From Candidatus Kaiserbacteria bacterium RIFCSPHIGHO2_01_FULL_53_29 (GTDB lineage: Bacteria; Patescibacteriota; Minisyncoccia; Phycocordibacterales; UBA2100), in assembly GCA_001781125.1 (NCBI GenBank), contig MFKT01000007.1, forward strand, positions 1-62,974: a DNA stretch of 62,974 nt. Reading direction: 5' to 3'. This document shows, one piece after another, positions 44,653 through 55,736 of the stretch. The position numbers were made by a program, and so were the translations under genes. Within the stretch, counting starts at the first letter, position 1; every line of letters starts with the position of its first letter. The notes under the pieces are model-generated. The model was not told where the DNA came from. It did no database searches and saw nothing but the letters and a program-made list of their open reading frames with translations.

Positions 44653-44952
44653 TTAGTGGATTCCTGCAATACCGAGTGCGGCCTGCATGTCGTCGTTTTC
44701 GGCAAGCGCATTGCGCCGCGTCATACGACAGCGCTGACATCGATGGACTATGGCGTATTCAGGCGAGGCGCCTTCGAGCGCTATCGGCTCCATCATACCC
44801 GCACACACGGCCGCCCGATCGCCTGGATCCACATCCACATGCTTGCTCCAGAGACATGAAGGGCAATGATTGGTATATCCACTACCCGTCACCGATGTGC
44901 CACAATGCTCACACACAAAATCCTCTATCCTCCTTTGGAAACGCTTTGCCAT
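44653..44952 (-). CDS. RNHCP-domain zinc-ribbon protein
   Basis: FVCEHCGTSVTGSGYTNHCPSCLWSKHVD...HRCQRCRMTR. ATG 44952 (MAKRFQRR) avoids overlap with the upstream gene. Confidence 0.7.
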   Translation of the reverse strand: MAKRFQRRIEDFVCEHCGTSVTGSGYTNHCPSCLWSKHVDVDPGDRAAVCAGMMEPIALEGASPEYAIVHRCQRCRMTRRNALAENDDMQAALGIAGIH

Positions 44953-44957
44953 TGTAG

Positions 44958-46181
44958 TTAATTGACGGTGACAAATGCCGTTTGCCGGATCATAGCTCCG
45001 GAGTGCGCCGCGCACGAAAGAGTAAATGTCATAGGACCGCGAGGTGTGCTTGCATCGGTCGGTATGATCTTCGAGCCTTCATTCTTTTGCGCAAGGACCG
45101 AGGTTTTATTGCTTACTGTACAAGGCGCGTCGGTTTTCATTCCGACACTCGACCACGACAGGACGATCGAATTGCCGCGGACAACGATGCGCGGCTGGAC
45201 GAAAAGCGTTGCTTCCGATGGGATCCCTGCCGGAGGAATGGGAGTGGCGGAGAGCGTCGAGGCTGTTCCACGCAGAGCATTCAAAAGCTGCTGTGCGATG
45301 GATGACTGCTCTACCGGCGTCGAAGGCTGCAAGATCGAGAGCGGCTGCGACGCGAGCACGGGCTGAATCGCTATCGTCGGAGGACTTGAAACATTACTCG
45401 GGGGCGGCGGGTTTGGGGGCGGCGCGGCAAAATAATTGCTTGGAGCCGGCGTCACATTGGCAAACGGACTCCCGTATCCGCTACTATATCCATTTGCCCC
45501 ACTACCAAAACCTGAATGCGTGTAGCCTCCGTAGGGTGGGGCGTTGAATCCGGTGTTTTGCTGGCCGCCTTGATATCCAGCGTTCCCTGCCAGGTCGGGA
45601 GAAGTACCCCCCTTCTGTGACAGAGGGTTCGGAGGTGCAACGACGGACAACTCTTTCCCGACGGTCACCGTTTTCCCGACAGTTGGTGCCGGGGGTTGAG
45701 CCGCCACCGATGTCGGAGCTATGCGACTCATGTTCCGCCCCTGCTTGCAAGCAACTTCATACGCGGCCTCGGGATTTGTCGCACATTTCGACACTGTGAC
45801 ACTACCAGACAAACAACCGGTCTTGCTTTTGTCGATAACTGTTGTCACCGTCGGCTGTGTCTGATCCGCTCGTTCGCAACCAACTTTATCCATTTGGGCT
45901 TGCGTGGTGCATATACAGGTCACTTCATCGCTAAGCACGTTTCCAAGACCCGTTAGTGTGACTTTCTCATTTGTACAGAAATTTGTACTTCCGACTAAGT
46001 TCGTGAATGCTTCTTTTCCAACAGCCGGATCCAACGACCAAATTGGTGGTGCTGACTTAACGGTTGTTCCCGACTTGCAGATACTTTTTTGAAGTCCGTG
46101 AGGTAACGTTTCAGCATGAACAGTGCCGGAAATGAGAACTATCAGCAAACTAAGAAGGATTTCCTTTCGTATCATATTCAT
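44958..46181 (-). CDS. Secreted protein: 9-Cys N-module + low-complexity linker + shared 84-aa C-terminal domain
   Basis: Signal peptide MNMIRKEILLSLLIVLISGTVHA. CTD: ATLFVQPRIVVRGNSIVLSWSSVG...MTFTLSCAAHSG. ATGA overlap with the upstream paralog. Confidence 0.7.
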   Translation of the reverse strand: MNMIRKEILLSLLIVLISGTVHAETLPHGLQKSICKSGTTVKSAPPIWSLDPAVGKEAFTNLVGSTNFCTNEKVTLTGLGNVLSDEVTCICTTQAQMDKVGCERADQTQPTVTTVIDKSKTGCLSGSVTVSKCATNPEAAYEVACKQGRNMSRIAPTSVAAQPPAPTVGKTVTVGKELSVVAPPNPLSQKGGTSPDLAGNAGYQGGQQNTGFNAPPYGGYTHSGFGSGANGYSSGYGSPFANVTPAPSNYFAAPPPNPPPPSNVSSPPTIAIQPVLASQPLSILQPSTPVEQSSIAQQLLNALRGTASTLSATPIPPAGIPSEATLFVQPRIVVRGNSIVLSWSSVGMKTDAPCTVSNKTSVLAQKNEGSKIIPTDASTPRGPMTFTLSCAAHSGAMIRQTAFVTVN

Positions 46182-47503
46182 TCGATCAAGGTCGACGCGG
46201 AGCGCTCGATTTTATCTCCGCTTTGCGACATGCACGAGAGCGTGAACGTCATTGTACCGCGCGCAGTCTGTGGAGTGGTGGATATCACTTTTGAACCTTC
46301 GCTCTTTTGCGCGATCGTGATGTTGCCCGTGCGCACCGTGCATGGAGTGCTCTGACTCGTCCCGACCGACGACCACGAGACAAGGACGGGGTTGCCGCGT
46401 GAGACTGATCGAGGTTGCACAAAAATCGTCGCGACGGACTGTATGGAAGGTACTGCGGGCTTGGGGAACGGTACGGGAGCCGGGGGAGGACTCACCTTAA
46501 GAGCCTGCATGAGTTGCTGCACTATTGGCATTCCCGCTTGCGGAGTCGATGCATAGGGAACACTGGACTGACTGCCGATCGGCGTTTGCACGACTGATGT
46601 GGGTTGAGCAGCGGGAAATGACGGCCGCGAGACAGGTTGCTGCATCTGTGCAAGCGGCGCTTGCTGCATTTGTGGCGGAGGCAGGGGCGGCCGCGGAGGC
46701 GCGTATTGCGATTGATTGTTGTAGCAATTGGAGGGAAATTGGGTTCCCGCCGGTACGGGGATGACGATTATGGGCTCGATGCTAGTAATGCAGTAATAAT
46801 CCTGACTGTAAACCGGGCCTCCGTACGGATTATAGGTAGGGGGTGCAAACGTTGGGGGATATCCGATAGTCGTTGGATACCCGACCGTATACGGTGAAGG
46901 TCCGAGATTCGTTACCGTGTTGATGCCCACCGGTCCGCCGATTTGGAACCATGTGCGCGACGCAGTAGAACCTGAAACGATGCTCATCGCTTGGCCATCC
47001 GATTTCCCGCGAAAATCGCCAACGGCGATATCGAATTTGTCAGGCCTCGGCTGACTACTAAACATTCCTTTTTTACCTCCGTAATTCGGACATGAGCCGT
47101 TAAACGCGCAGCCAGTGTCATGTACGTACCCAACAACATTGCTCATCGTATATGTCTGCCCATCAATGGGACTCCGATATCGCAATGTCGGAATCTTGTA
47201 CCACTTGCCGTAATTCGATGCTGCCGATGCGAGCGTCACATATTTTGACCTCCCGAGTCGCACCTCATCGAGCGTATGCGGGATAGACTTTCCTTCTCTG
47301 TTGGGTCTTGATGTCGCAAACCCGCCCTGCATGGTGCCGCTTGCGCCGGGGCCGTAGAACGTCGGCACGACATTCACGGGCGTGCCGCCCGAAGAAATAT
47401 CAGGTGTCTTGATTATACCGCCCTCAACCGCAGTAATCGCAGCGTACGCGGCGGTAGCTGACAACAGAAAAAAGACGAGGCCAAGTCCTGTCGTGCGTAT
47501 CAC
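46178..47503 (-). CDS. Secreted protein: 3D/MltA-like (DPBB) module + linker + shared 84-aa C-terminal domain
   Basis: GTG start 6 nt after TATAAT. Signal peptide. YVTLASAASNYGKWYKIP...VGYVHDTGCAF...KFDIAVGDF. CTD: ATIFVQPRSVSRGNPVLVSWSSVG...MTFTLSCMSQSG. Confidence 0.68.
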   Translation of the reverse strand: MIRTTGLGLVFFLLSATAAYAAITAVEGGIIKTPDISSGGTPVNVVPTFYGPGASGTMQGGFATSRPNREGKSIPHTLDEVRLGRSKYVTLASAASNYGKWYKIPTLRYRSPIDGQTYTMSNVVGYVHDTGCAFNGSCPNYGGKKGMFSSQPRPDKFDIAVGDFRGKSDGQAMSIVSGSTASRTWFQIGGPVGINTVTNLGPSPYTVGYPTTIGYPPTFAPPTYNPYGGPVYSQDYYCITSIEPIIVIPVPAGTQFPSNCYNNQSQYAPPRPPLPPPQMQQAPLAQMQQPVSRPSFPAAQPTSVVQTPIGSQSSVPYASTPQAGMPIVQQLMQALKVSPPPAPVPFPKPAVPSIQSVATIFVQPRSVSRGNPVLVSWSSVGTSQSTPCTVRTGNITIAQKSEGSKVISTTPQTARGTMTFTLSCMSQSGDKIERSASTLIE

Positions 47504-47574
47504 CTCCTCATTATACTCCGACGACGCGATGCGAGCGGATGCCGTGTTGATTACAGCACTACAACATCAATATA

Positions 47575-48750
47575 TTAACGAATAGTTGCCGAAGTTGATC
47601 GCTCGACATTTTGTCCACTTTGCGACGTGCACGAGAGCGTGAACGTCATTGGACCGAGCGCATTTGTGAGGTTAGTGGATACGATCTTTGTTCCTTCATT
47701 CTTTTTGGCGAGTTCGAGCGAACCGGCGCGGACAACGCAAGGCGCATCTGTTTTCATGCCGACACTCGTCCACGACACGATGATGGGATTCCCGCGTGCA
47801 ACGACGGGTGGCTGCGCGATGATGAGGGCCCGACTTGCGATCGTCGCGGCCGTAGACGTAGGAGCTCCCGTTTGAGTCGTCTGCCCTTGCGTCTGCGTTT
47901 GTGACTGAAACTGCGGCAGCACCGCTTGCAAAAGTTTTTGCACGACCGACGGTTGGTTTGCCGGACTGAATGCGGAGTTCGGCACAAGCGGAAGCGTGGG
48001 CTGCTGAGGATTGGCTAAGCCGGTCGGCAAATATGTCGTCGGATACGTACGCTGCGTATCCGGCACTATCGGGGTCGATGCGGGCAAATACGCGCTTGCC
48101 GGTATATCAGCGTTCGTCCGCGAATATGGAATTCCGTTTCTATCTTCGAAATTTCCTGTCACCTGAATGCTTCCGCCCGCCCCCATCCTTCTTGAGATCT
48201 CCTGCAGAACGCCCGCTAATGTTCTGTTGCCGCCGAGAAGTCCCGCATTCCATCTGCACTCTCTGGGAAATTCTCTGCATGCATTCGCCTGCGGGTTTTG
48301 CACGTAAAAAGATAAGAATCGCCGAGCTCCACCCAATCCCAAAAAGTGGCCCATATAGATGCCGACGCACGGGTCGATTCTCGCTTGACTGATCAAACTC
48401 CGTAAATTATTGAAGTTGTCTTTCGCGTGAACTGCGGTGACTTTGGCTGCTACGGACGGGTTGAAGCGTTGAGAATCGTCAAGAGGTCCTCCAGTTCCCG
48501 ACACTGCCCGCGAGACCGCCCTCCACGAGTCACGAGTCCATTGGAATACCCCTGCCGCATTCCCCGTCTGCGCGTTCACGACATTTCTACCACCGCTCTC
48601 AATACGAGCGATTTTTGCGAGGCATCCCGTGGGAAGTTGATACTGCCGCTCGAGCTCTGAGAGAATCTGATTGAAATCTGTACTGGCAGAAGACGTGGAT
48701 GGGGCAAGGATGATCAGTAGTAGAAGAGTCGAAAGGAGCCATGCTTTCAT
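47575..48750 (-). CDS. Secreted protein: SLT-like lytic transglycosylase module + linker + shared 84-aa C-terminal domain
   Basis: Signal peptide. LAKIARIESGG...NAAGVFQWTRDSW resembles the E-S...GLMQ motifs of SLT. CTD: ALIIAQPPVVARGNPIIVSWTSVG...MTFTLSCTSQSG. TATACT lies 6 nt before the ATG. Confidence 0.68.
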   Translation of the reverse strand: MKAWLLSTLLLLIILAPSTSSASTDFNQILSELERQYQLPTGCLAKIARIESGGRNVVNAQTGNAAGVFQWTRDSWRAVSRAVSGTGGPLDDSQRFNPSVAAKVTAVHAKDNFNNLRSLISQARIDPCVGIYMGHFLGLGGARRFLSFYVQNPQANACREFPRECRWNAGLLGGNRTLAGVLQEISRRMGAGGSIQVTGNFEDRNGIPYSRTNADIPASAYLPASTPIVPDTQRTYPTTYLPTGLANPQQPTLPLVPNSAFSPANQPSVVQKLLQAVLPQFQSQTQTQGQTTQTGAPTSTAATIASRALIIAQPPVVARGNPIIVSWTSVGMKTDAPCVVRAGSLELAKKNEGTKIVSTNLTNALGPMTFTLSCTSQSGQNVERSTSATIR

Positions 48751-48801
48751 GCGATCAGTATAGCGTGCCTCACCATCATCGGAGGATGCTTTGTTGAAAA
48801 A

Positions 48802-49041
48802 CTAGAGAAGAACGACCGCGCGATTGGCGGACATTTCGAGAACACCGCTTTCGATCTCAAATCGTTTTGCCTCACCTGATGTGCGCACCGTGATAGTTCC
48901 GGGCTTCAAGGTTGTCACGATGGGCTCGTGATGCGCCAGCACGGTCAGCTCGCCCGCTTCCCCCGGCAGAGTCGCCGAAATTGCCTCGCCATCGAAGCGC
49001 GTCTCGCCCACAGACGCGATAATAAGATGAAAAGTATTCAT
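48802..49041 (-). CDS. atpC: F1 ATP synthase epsilon subunit, beta-sandwich domain only
   Basis: 79 aa: HLIIASVGETRFDGEAISATLPGEAGELTVLAHHEPIVTTLKPG. Lacks the C-terminal two-helix domain. Last gene of the atp operon. Confidence 0.8.
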   Translation of the reverse strand: MNTFHLIIASVGETRFDGEAISATLPGEAGELTVLAHHEPIVTTLKPGTITVRTSGEAKRFEIESGVLEMSANRAVVLL

Positions 49042-49048
49042 AGCACTT

Positions 49049-50814
<1,766 letters not shown>

Positions 50815-50822
<8 letters not shown>

Positions 50823-51168
50823 TATTTGTGTTTATGATTTCCTTCAAGTACGCGTCGAGAGCCGCACGATACCCATCGATTATTGTGTCGTTGGCTTCAA
50901 AGCCGAGCAGTTCCAGGTCTTTTATCAATTCTTCGCCACTTATAAAAGCAATTCTCTTCCATTCATCGACTGATTGGGGTATTTCATGCGGTGAATATCG
51001 CACCATCGCTTCGTTGATCCCGGCAATGATCGTATCCTCATTGGTAGTTCCCCACTTGTGCTCATGACCGAGCTCGCGTATCGCCATGTGAGCCGCGTCC
51101 GCGACGAAGGCTTTGGGAGTTGCCTTTTCGGCCAAATTCTCCACGGACTTCTTCGGCTGCTCGAGCAT
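50815..51168 (-). CDS. Hypothetical protein encoded inside the atp operon
   Basis: 117 aa with no recognised motif. The ATG is 1 nt after the atpG stop. Overlaps the next ORF by 8 nt (ATGCCTAG). Confidence 0.5.
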
Positions 51169-51169
51169 A

Positions 51170-52087
51170 CTATTTCATCGCCTCAATGCCGGAAGTGATC
51201 TCGGAAACTTCGCGGGTAATAGCGGCTTGACGGACTTTGTTGAACTTACGGGTAAGGTCGCCAGCCATTTCTTTGGCCTTGTCGGTGGCGCTTTTCATTG
51301 CCACACGCCGCGCGGAGTGCTCGGAAGCCTTCGCTTCCAGAAGCCCGTGGAAAACCGCAATGTTGAGGAGTTTCGGAAGTAGAACGGCCAAGACACTCTG
51401 CGGATCCGGCTCGACGGTGTAGACGGCAGGCCGTACGATCTTCTCTTCCGCATCGGGTGCATATTTCCCGCGCGCGGGCCTGATACCCGCGACGATCTCG
51501 CGGATAGTCTCCGGTTGTATCGGGACTATCTGGCGGACGATGGGCTCCTGTTCGAATGTCGAAACGAAGTTGGTGTACGCAATAACAGCGGCTCCGATCT
51601 CACTGGCGGCATGCCACTCCACGACCTTGTCGGTGACCATCCGCATCTCGTCCTCGACGACGCTATCGCTCACATTCTCGAGTTTTTCGCGGACCTCGTA
51701 TCCTCGATTCGCAAAATAATCCGCGCCGCGCCTCCCGACGCCGATCATGACAACGTCTTCGCGCTTGAGCTTCCGAGCCACGATCTCCTGTTCGACGCGG
51801 CGAATGACACCGCTGTTGAGAGAGCCTGCGAGCCCCTTGTCGCTTGTGACGACAATTATGCACGTCTTGCCCGCGCGCTCACGCATGAGCGGGTGGTGAG
51901 CGACATCTGCTGTCCCCGAAAGCCGTTCAAGGACCGAGAGCGCTGCGGCCGCATAGCTGCGGCCGGAAAGCGCGCGCTCCTGCGATTTGCGCATCTTGAC
52001 GGCCGAGACTGCCTCCATGGCATGAGTGACAGTGCCGGTCTTTTTGTAGGACAGGATCTTTAGCTTGATGTTTTTAAGCGAGGCCAT
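51170..52087 (-). CDS. atpG: F1 ATP synthase gamma subunit
   Basis: MASLKNIKLKILSYKKTGTVTHAMEAVSAVKMRK and the C-terminal ITREVSEITSG helix. Confidence 0.92.
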   Translation of the reverse strand: MASLKNIKLKILSYKKTGTVTHAMEAVSAVKMRKSQERALSGRSYAAAALSVLERLSGTADVAHHPLMRERAGKTCIIVVTSDKGLAGSLNSGVIRRVEQEIVARKLKREDVVMIGVGRRGADYFANRGYEVREKLENVSDSVVEDEMRMVTDKVVEWHAASEIGAAVIAYTNFVSTFEQEPIVRQIVPIQPETIREIVAGIRPARGKYAPDAEEKIVRPAVYTVEPDPQSVLAVLLPKLLNIAVFHGLLEAKASEHSARRVAMKSATDKAKEMAGDLTRKFNKVRQAAITREVSEITSGIEAMK

Positions 52088-52093
52088 ACGGGT

Positions 52094-52176
52094 CAGCTTG
52101 CAGCCGGTAGCTTGTAGCTTGTAGCGGGATGCATAATTCGGTTTTGCTACTGGCTGCAGGCTACGGGCTACTGGCT
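52094..52176. repeat. Inverted pair of heptamer arrays (TAGCTTG family) bracketing the atpA-atpG gap
   Basis: cagcttgcagccggtagcttgtagcttgtagc (52094-52125) and gctactggctgcaggctacgggctactggct (52146-52176). The upstream arm contains the atpA stop. The downstream arm ends 6 nt before the atpG ATG. Confidence 0.7.
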
Positions 52177-53733
52177 AAATAATTCTTTGTGCGCGAGCGT
52201 GAATTCTTCAAGTGCGCGATTTAGATCTTTCTTCAGATCTTCCGAGACGGTCCCCGTCTTTTTGATCGCGGCCAATGTCTTGGGGTGTTGGCCATCGAGG
52301 TACTCGACGAGTTCGGCTTCCACGGCGGTTACTTTCGCCACCAGCACGTCGGCGAAAAATTTGTGGCTGGCAGCATAGAGTATCGCCACCTGCATCTCGA
52401 TGGGAATGGGTGCGCCATTCTTCTGCTTCAATACTTCCACCATACGCTGACCGCTCGCGATGCGGTCGGCGGTCACTTTGTCGAGATCCTGTGCGAACTG
52501 CATGAATGCTTCGAGCTCGCGGAATTGCGCGAGCTCCAGCTTGAGACCGCCCGCGACCGATTTCATCGCCTTTGTCTGTGCAGAGGAGCCCACGCGGGAG
52601 ACCGAAATACCGACATCGATTGCCGGTCGCACGCCCTTGTTGAAAAGCTCGGCAATAAGGAATATCTGCCCGTCGGTGATAGAAATGACGTTGGTCGGAA
52701 TGTAGCCGGATACGTCGCCCTCTTGCGTCTCGATAATGGGAAGTCCCGTGATCGAGCCGCCGCCCTTCTCTTTCGAAAGGCACGCGGCGCGCTCGAGCAA
52801 GCGCGAGTGGAGGTAGAAAATGTCGCCCGGATACGCTTCACGCCCCGGTGGTCGGCGCAAGAGGAGCGAGAGCTCACGATAAGCCACCGCCTGCTTCGAG
52901 AGGTCGTCGTAGACGATGAGCACGTCATAGCCGCGATCCATAAAATATTCGCCGATGGCAACACCGGAAAACGGTGCGAGGAATTGCAGCGCCGCGGGCG
53001 CAGAGGCCGGCGCGTCGACGATTATCGTGTACTCAAGCGCTCGCTCGCGACGCAGCTGCTCGACGATGCGTGCGGTCTTACTTTCCTTTTGGCCGATAGC
53101 AACATAGATGCAGATGGGGCGGTTGTCTTTGGGCTCGTTGCGCTGGTTGATGATGGTGTCGACGGCGACGGTGGTCTTGCCCGTGCCGCGATCGCCAATG
53201 ATGAGCTCGCGTTGCCCGCGGCCGATGGGGATCATCGAGTCGATCGCCTTGATGCCTGTCTGGAGTGGTACTGATACTGACTTGCGATCGATGACGCCGG
53301 CAGCCTGCCGCTCCACAGGCATCATGGTCGTTTCTTTAAAAGGCCCCTTGCCGTCAATAGGCTCGCCCAAGGCGTTCACAACGCGCCCGAGCAGTTCTTC
53401 GCCGGACGGTACCGAGAGAATTTTACCGGTCGATTTGACCGTCATGCCTTCATTGACGCGCGCGGTGTCGCCAAGGATAGTCGCTCGCACGCCATCTTCT
53501 TCGAGATTCAAGATGAGACCATAGAGCTCGCTTTGCCCCTGCATCCCCTCTGCCAACTTTTTGCCTTTCCCTTCCTCAAAGATAACGATCTCGCTCATCA
53601 CCGCCTTGGAGAGACCGTCGATGGCCACGACTCCATCGCCGACCGATGTGACACGCCCCACATGCTGGCTTTCATGCGAAGGAGCGAAATGCTCTATTTC
53701 TTTTATTATCTTTTCAACGGTTGATGCATCCAT
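52168..53733 (-). CDS. atpA: F1 ATP synthase alpha subunit
   Basis: GDRGTGKTTVAVDTI Walker A, 521 aa. Confidence 0.97.
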   Translation of the reverse strand: MDASTVEKIIKEIEHFAPSHESQHVGRVTSVGDGVVAIDGLSKAVMSEIVIFEEGKGKKLAEGMQGQSELYGLILNLEEDGVRATILGDTARVNEGMTVKSTGKILSVPSGEELLGRVVNALGEPIDGKGPFKETTMMPVERQAAGVIDRKSVSVPLQTGIKAIDSMIPIGRGQRELIIGDRGTGKTTVAVDTIINQRNEPKDNRPICIYVAIGQKESKTARIVEQLRRERALEYTIIVDAPASAPAALQFLAPFSGVAIGEYFMDRGYDVLIVYDDLSKQAVAYRELSLLLRRPPGREAYPGDIFYLHSRLLERAACLSKEKGGGSITGLPIIETQEGDVSGYIPTNVISITDGQIFLIAELFNKGVRPAIDVGISVSRVGSSAQTKAMKSVAGGLKLELAQFRELEAFMQFAQDLDKVTADRIASGQRMVEVLKQKNGAPIPIEMQVAILYAASHKFFADVLVAKVTAVEAELVEYLDGQHPKTLAAIKKTGTVSEDLKKDLNRALEEFTLAHKELFSQ

Positions 53734-53738
53734 ACAAA

Positions 53739-54128
53739 TTAGATTCCAGTCGCACGATTATACATCTCCAACAGGTATTTCTTAAAACTTGCATCGACGA
53801 GCCGCTCGCGGCCCTCCACTCTCCAGCCGCCGATAAGCGTGTCGTCAACATGCACTGTTACACCTTTGGGATCGAGGTGCATTTCGGAAAGGAATTCTTC
53901 TGCCTCTTTTTTGGCTCGTGACTCGTCTTTTTCTCGCGCTATCGAGAGCACGACATCACTTCGACCCTCGTCGCGCATCGCAATACTCACGAGGGCACGG
54001 CCGATTTTGGGCAAGAGGCTTACGCGCCCAAGGCGAAGCAGCATTTCGTGGAGCGCATGAACAGCCTCTTTGGCCTTCATGCCGTTTCCTATCATTTTCC
54101 AAAGCGCCTGAGCGTATGCGTGTTCCAT
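53739..54128 (-). CDS. atpH: F1 ATP synthase delta (OSCP) subunit, short form
   Basis: 129 aa. YAQALWKM N-terminus and C-terminal LIGGWRVEGRERLVDASFKKYL match the OSCP pattern. Lies between atpF and atpA. Confidence 0.7.
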   Translation of the reverse strand: MEHAYAQALWKMIGNGMKAKEAVHALHEMLLRLGRVSLLPKIGRALVSIAMRDEGRSDVVLSIAREKDESRAKKEAEEFLSEMHLDPKGVTVHVDDTLIGGWRVEGRERLVDASFKKYLLEMYNRATGI

Positions 54129-54137
54129 GTTTTTTCA

Positions 54138-54172
54138 CTACGTGCTACGTTCTACCAACTACTTACTGGCTA
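54138..54172. repeat. Five tandem CTACnnn-type heptamers across the atpF stop
   Basis: ctacgtg ctacgtt ctaccaa ctactta ctggcta. On the coding (-) strand the array ends 9 nt before the atpH ATG (54128). Confidence 0.65.
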
Positions 54173-54602
54173 ATATTTTCTCCGCCGCAAGCATCGCAGC
54201 GCGCGCGATCTCCCGTTCGCTCTCCTTGAGCGCCTGGCGCTTGGCTTCCTCGGCACGCTCTGCAGCATCTTTGATGGTGGCCGCCGCGCGTGCCTCCGCC
54301 GCTTTCACGATCTCGGTACCCCGCTCGTCGGCGCGCGTTCGCGCGGAAGCGACGAGGCCCTCCGCCTCGCGCGCCGCCGTACCCACGATGCCTTCTCTCT
54401 CCTCTTTTGCATCAGCGAGCTGCTTTGCTGCCGCCTCGGCGGTACGCACACCTTCGGCGATTTTTTCCCGTCGTTCGTCAATGATGCGGAGAATAGGCTT
54501 GTAGAGAAAATATGTCAGTACGGAAAGCAGTAAACCGAAATTGACTGCCTGTATGAGAAGCAGTTTCCAATTGACGCCGAATGTCGCGAATAATTCACCC
54601 AT
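54159..54602 (-). CDS. atpF: Fo ATP synthase subunit b
   Basis: 147 aa with an N-terminal TM helix followed by a long Ala/Glu/Arg-rich helix. Confidence 0.8.
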   Translation of the reverse strand: MGELFATFGVNWKLLLIQAVNFGLLLSVLTYFLYKPILRIIDERREKIAEGVRTAEAAAKQLADAKEEREGIVGTAAREAEGLVASARTRADERGTEIVKAAEARAAATIKDAAERAEEAKRQALKESEREIARAAMLAAEKILASK

Positions 54603-54618
54603 ATCGAGCGTCGGGGCT

Positions 54619-54858
<240 letters not shown>

Positions 54859-54913
54859 CTAGTTAATAAAATTTGATTTCGACCACCCCATACTACCATG
54901 CATAATTGGCGTT

Positions 54914-55681
54914 TCAATGCGCCGGGGTGATGGCGATCTTGATGAAAAAGAGCGTCAGGAGGGCGAAGATGGCGGCTTGGATGAAGCCGACGAAAACTTC
55001 GAACGCCATAAGTGGCACGGGCCCCGCATACGGAATGAAGTAGGTCGCGACGAGTATCAGCACTTCGCCGGCGAGGATGTTGCCGAAGAGCCGGAAAGAA
55101 AAGGAGATGAGGCGAGCAAGCTCGGAGAAGACCTCGATGAAGCCTACAACGGAGCCTATCGGGTTCTTAAAAGGATTGGGGAAAAACTTGTGGAGGTATG
55201 TGCCCAAGCCCATCACAACAATGCCCGTCACCTCGATGACCACGAACGCGATAGCCGCGAGCGCAAGCGTCACATTGAGATCCGTGTTGACGCTGCGCAG
55301 AAGTGGTGTGAACTCATGTCCGCCGGAGGCGGATCCGCCTCCGGCGGAGAAAAATCCGATGCTTCCGATACCGGGCGTGAATTCCAAAAGGTTGGCTGTA
55401 AAGATAAAAAGAAAGAGCGTCACGAGAAGCGGGAAGAACGTGCGCGCGAGAGCCTTGCTCTCAAGGATTTCCGCGACGTAGTCGTAGATGAATTCCACGA
55501 GCCACTCGAAGAGTGTTTGGAGACGGCTCGGCGTCATTTTGAGCCTTGTGCCGATGGTGAATGCGAGAACGACAAGAAGCGCGATGACTATCCAGCTTGT
55601 TATCAGTGTATTGGTGATGGGAATCCCCCACAGGCTGCCAAGCTGCTCGGGGGCGAGAACGACATGGATTCCTTGTTCCAT
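54914..55681 (-). CDS. atpB: Fo ATP synthase subunit a
   Basis: 255 aa. SFSFRLFGNILAGEVL contains the conserved Arg motif. TGATAGAAT lies 8 nt before the ATG. Confidence 0.9.
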   Translation of the reverse strand: MEQGIHVVLAPEQLGSLWGIPITNTLITSWIVIALLVVLAFTIGTRLKMTPSRLQTLFEWLVEFIYDYVAEILESKALARTFFPLLVTLFLFIFTANLLEFTPGIGSIGFFSAGGGSASGGHEFTPLLRSVNTDLNVTLALAAIAFVVIEVTGIVVMGLGTYLHKFFPNPFKNPIGSVVGFIEVFSELARLISFSFRLFGNILAGEVLILVATYFIPYAGPVPLMAFEVFVGFIQAAIFALLTLFFIKIAITPAH

Positions 55682-55736
55682 AAATCACGATTCTATCACA
55701 CGACTCGTTATGCCGAAGATACAGTGAGATGTCATC

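Noticed and set aside
52285-53274. A 329-aa plus-strand ORF. Similar long antisense ORFs occur at 8628..9515, 10177..11067, 26447..27358, 32395..33339, 41378..42460, 54917..55804 and 14849..15781.
   Set aside because: All are fully embedded opposite or out of frame to strongly conserved genes (atpA, trpS, aspS, corA, the membrane protein, the Cys-rich gene, atpB, ftsW). Their composition is His/Arg/Asp-rich and low in complexity.
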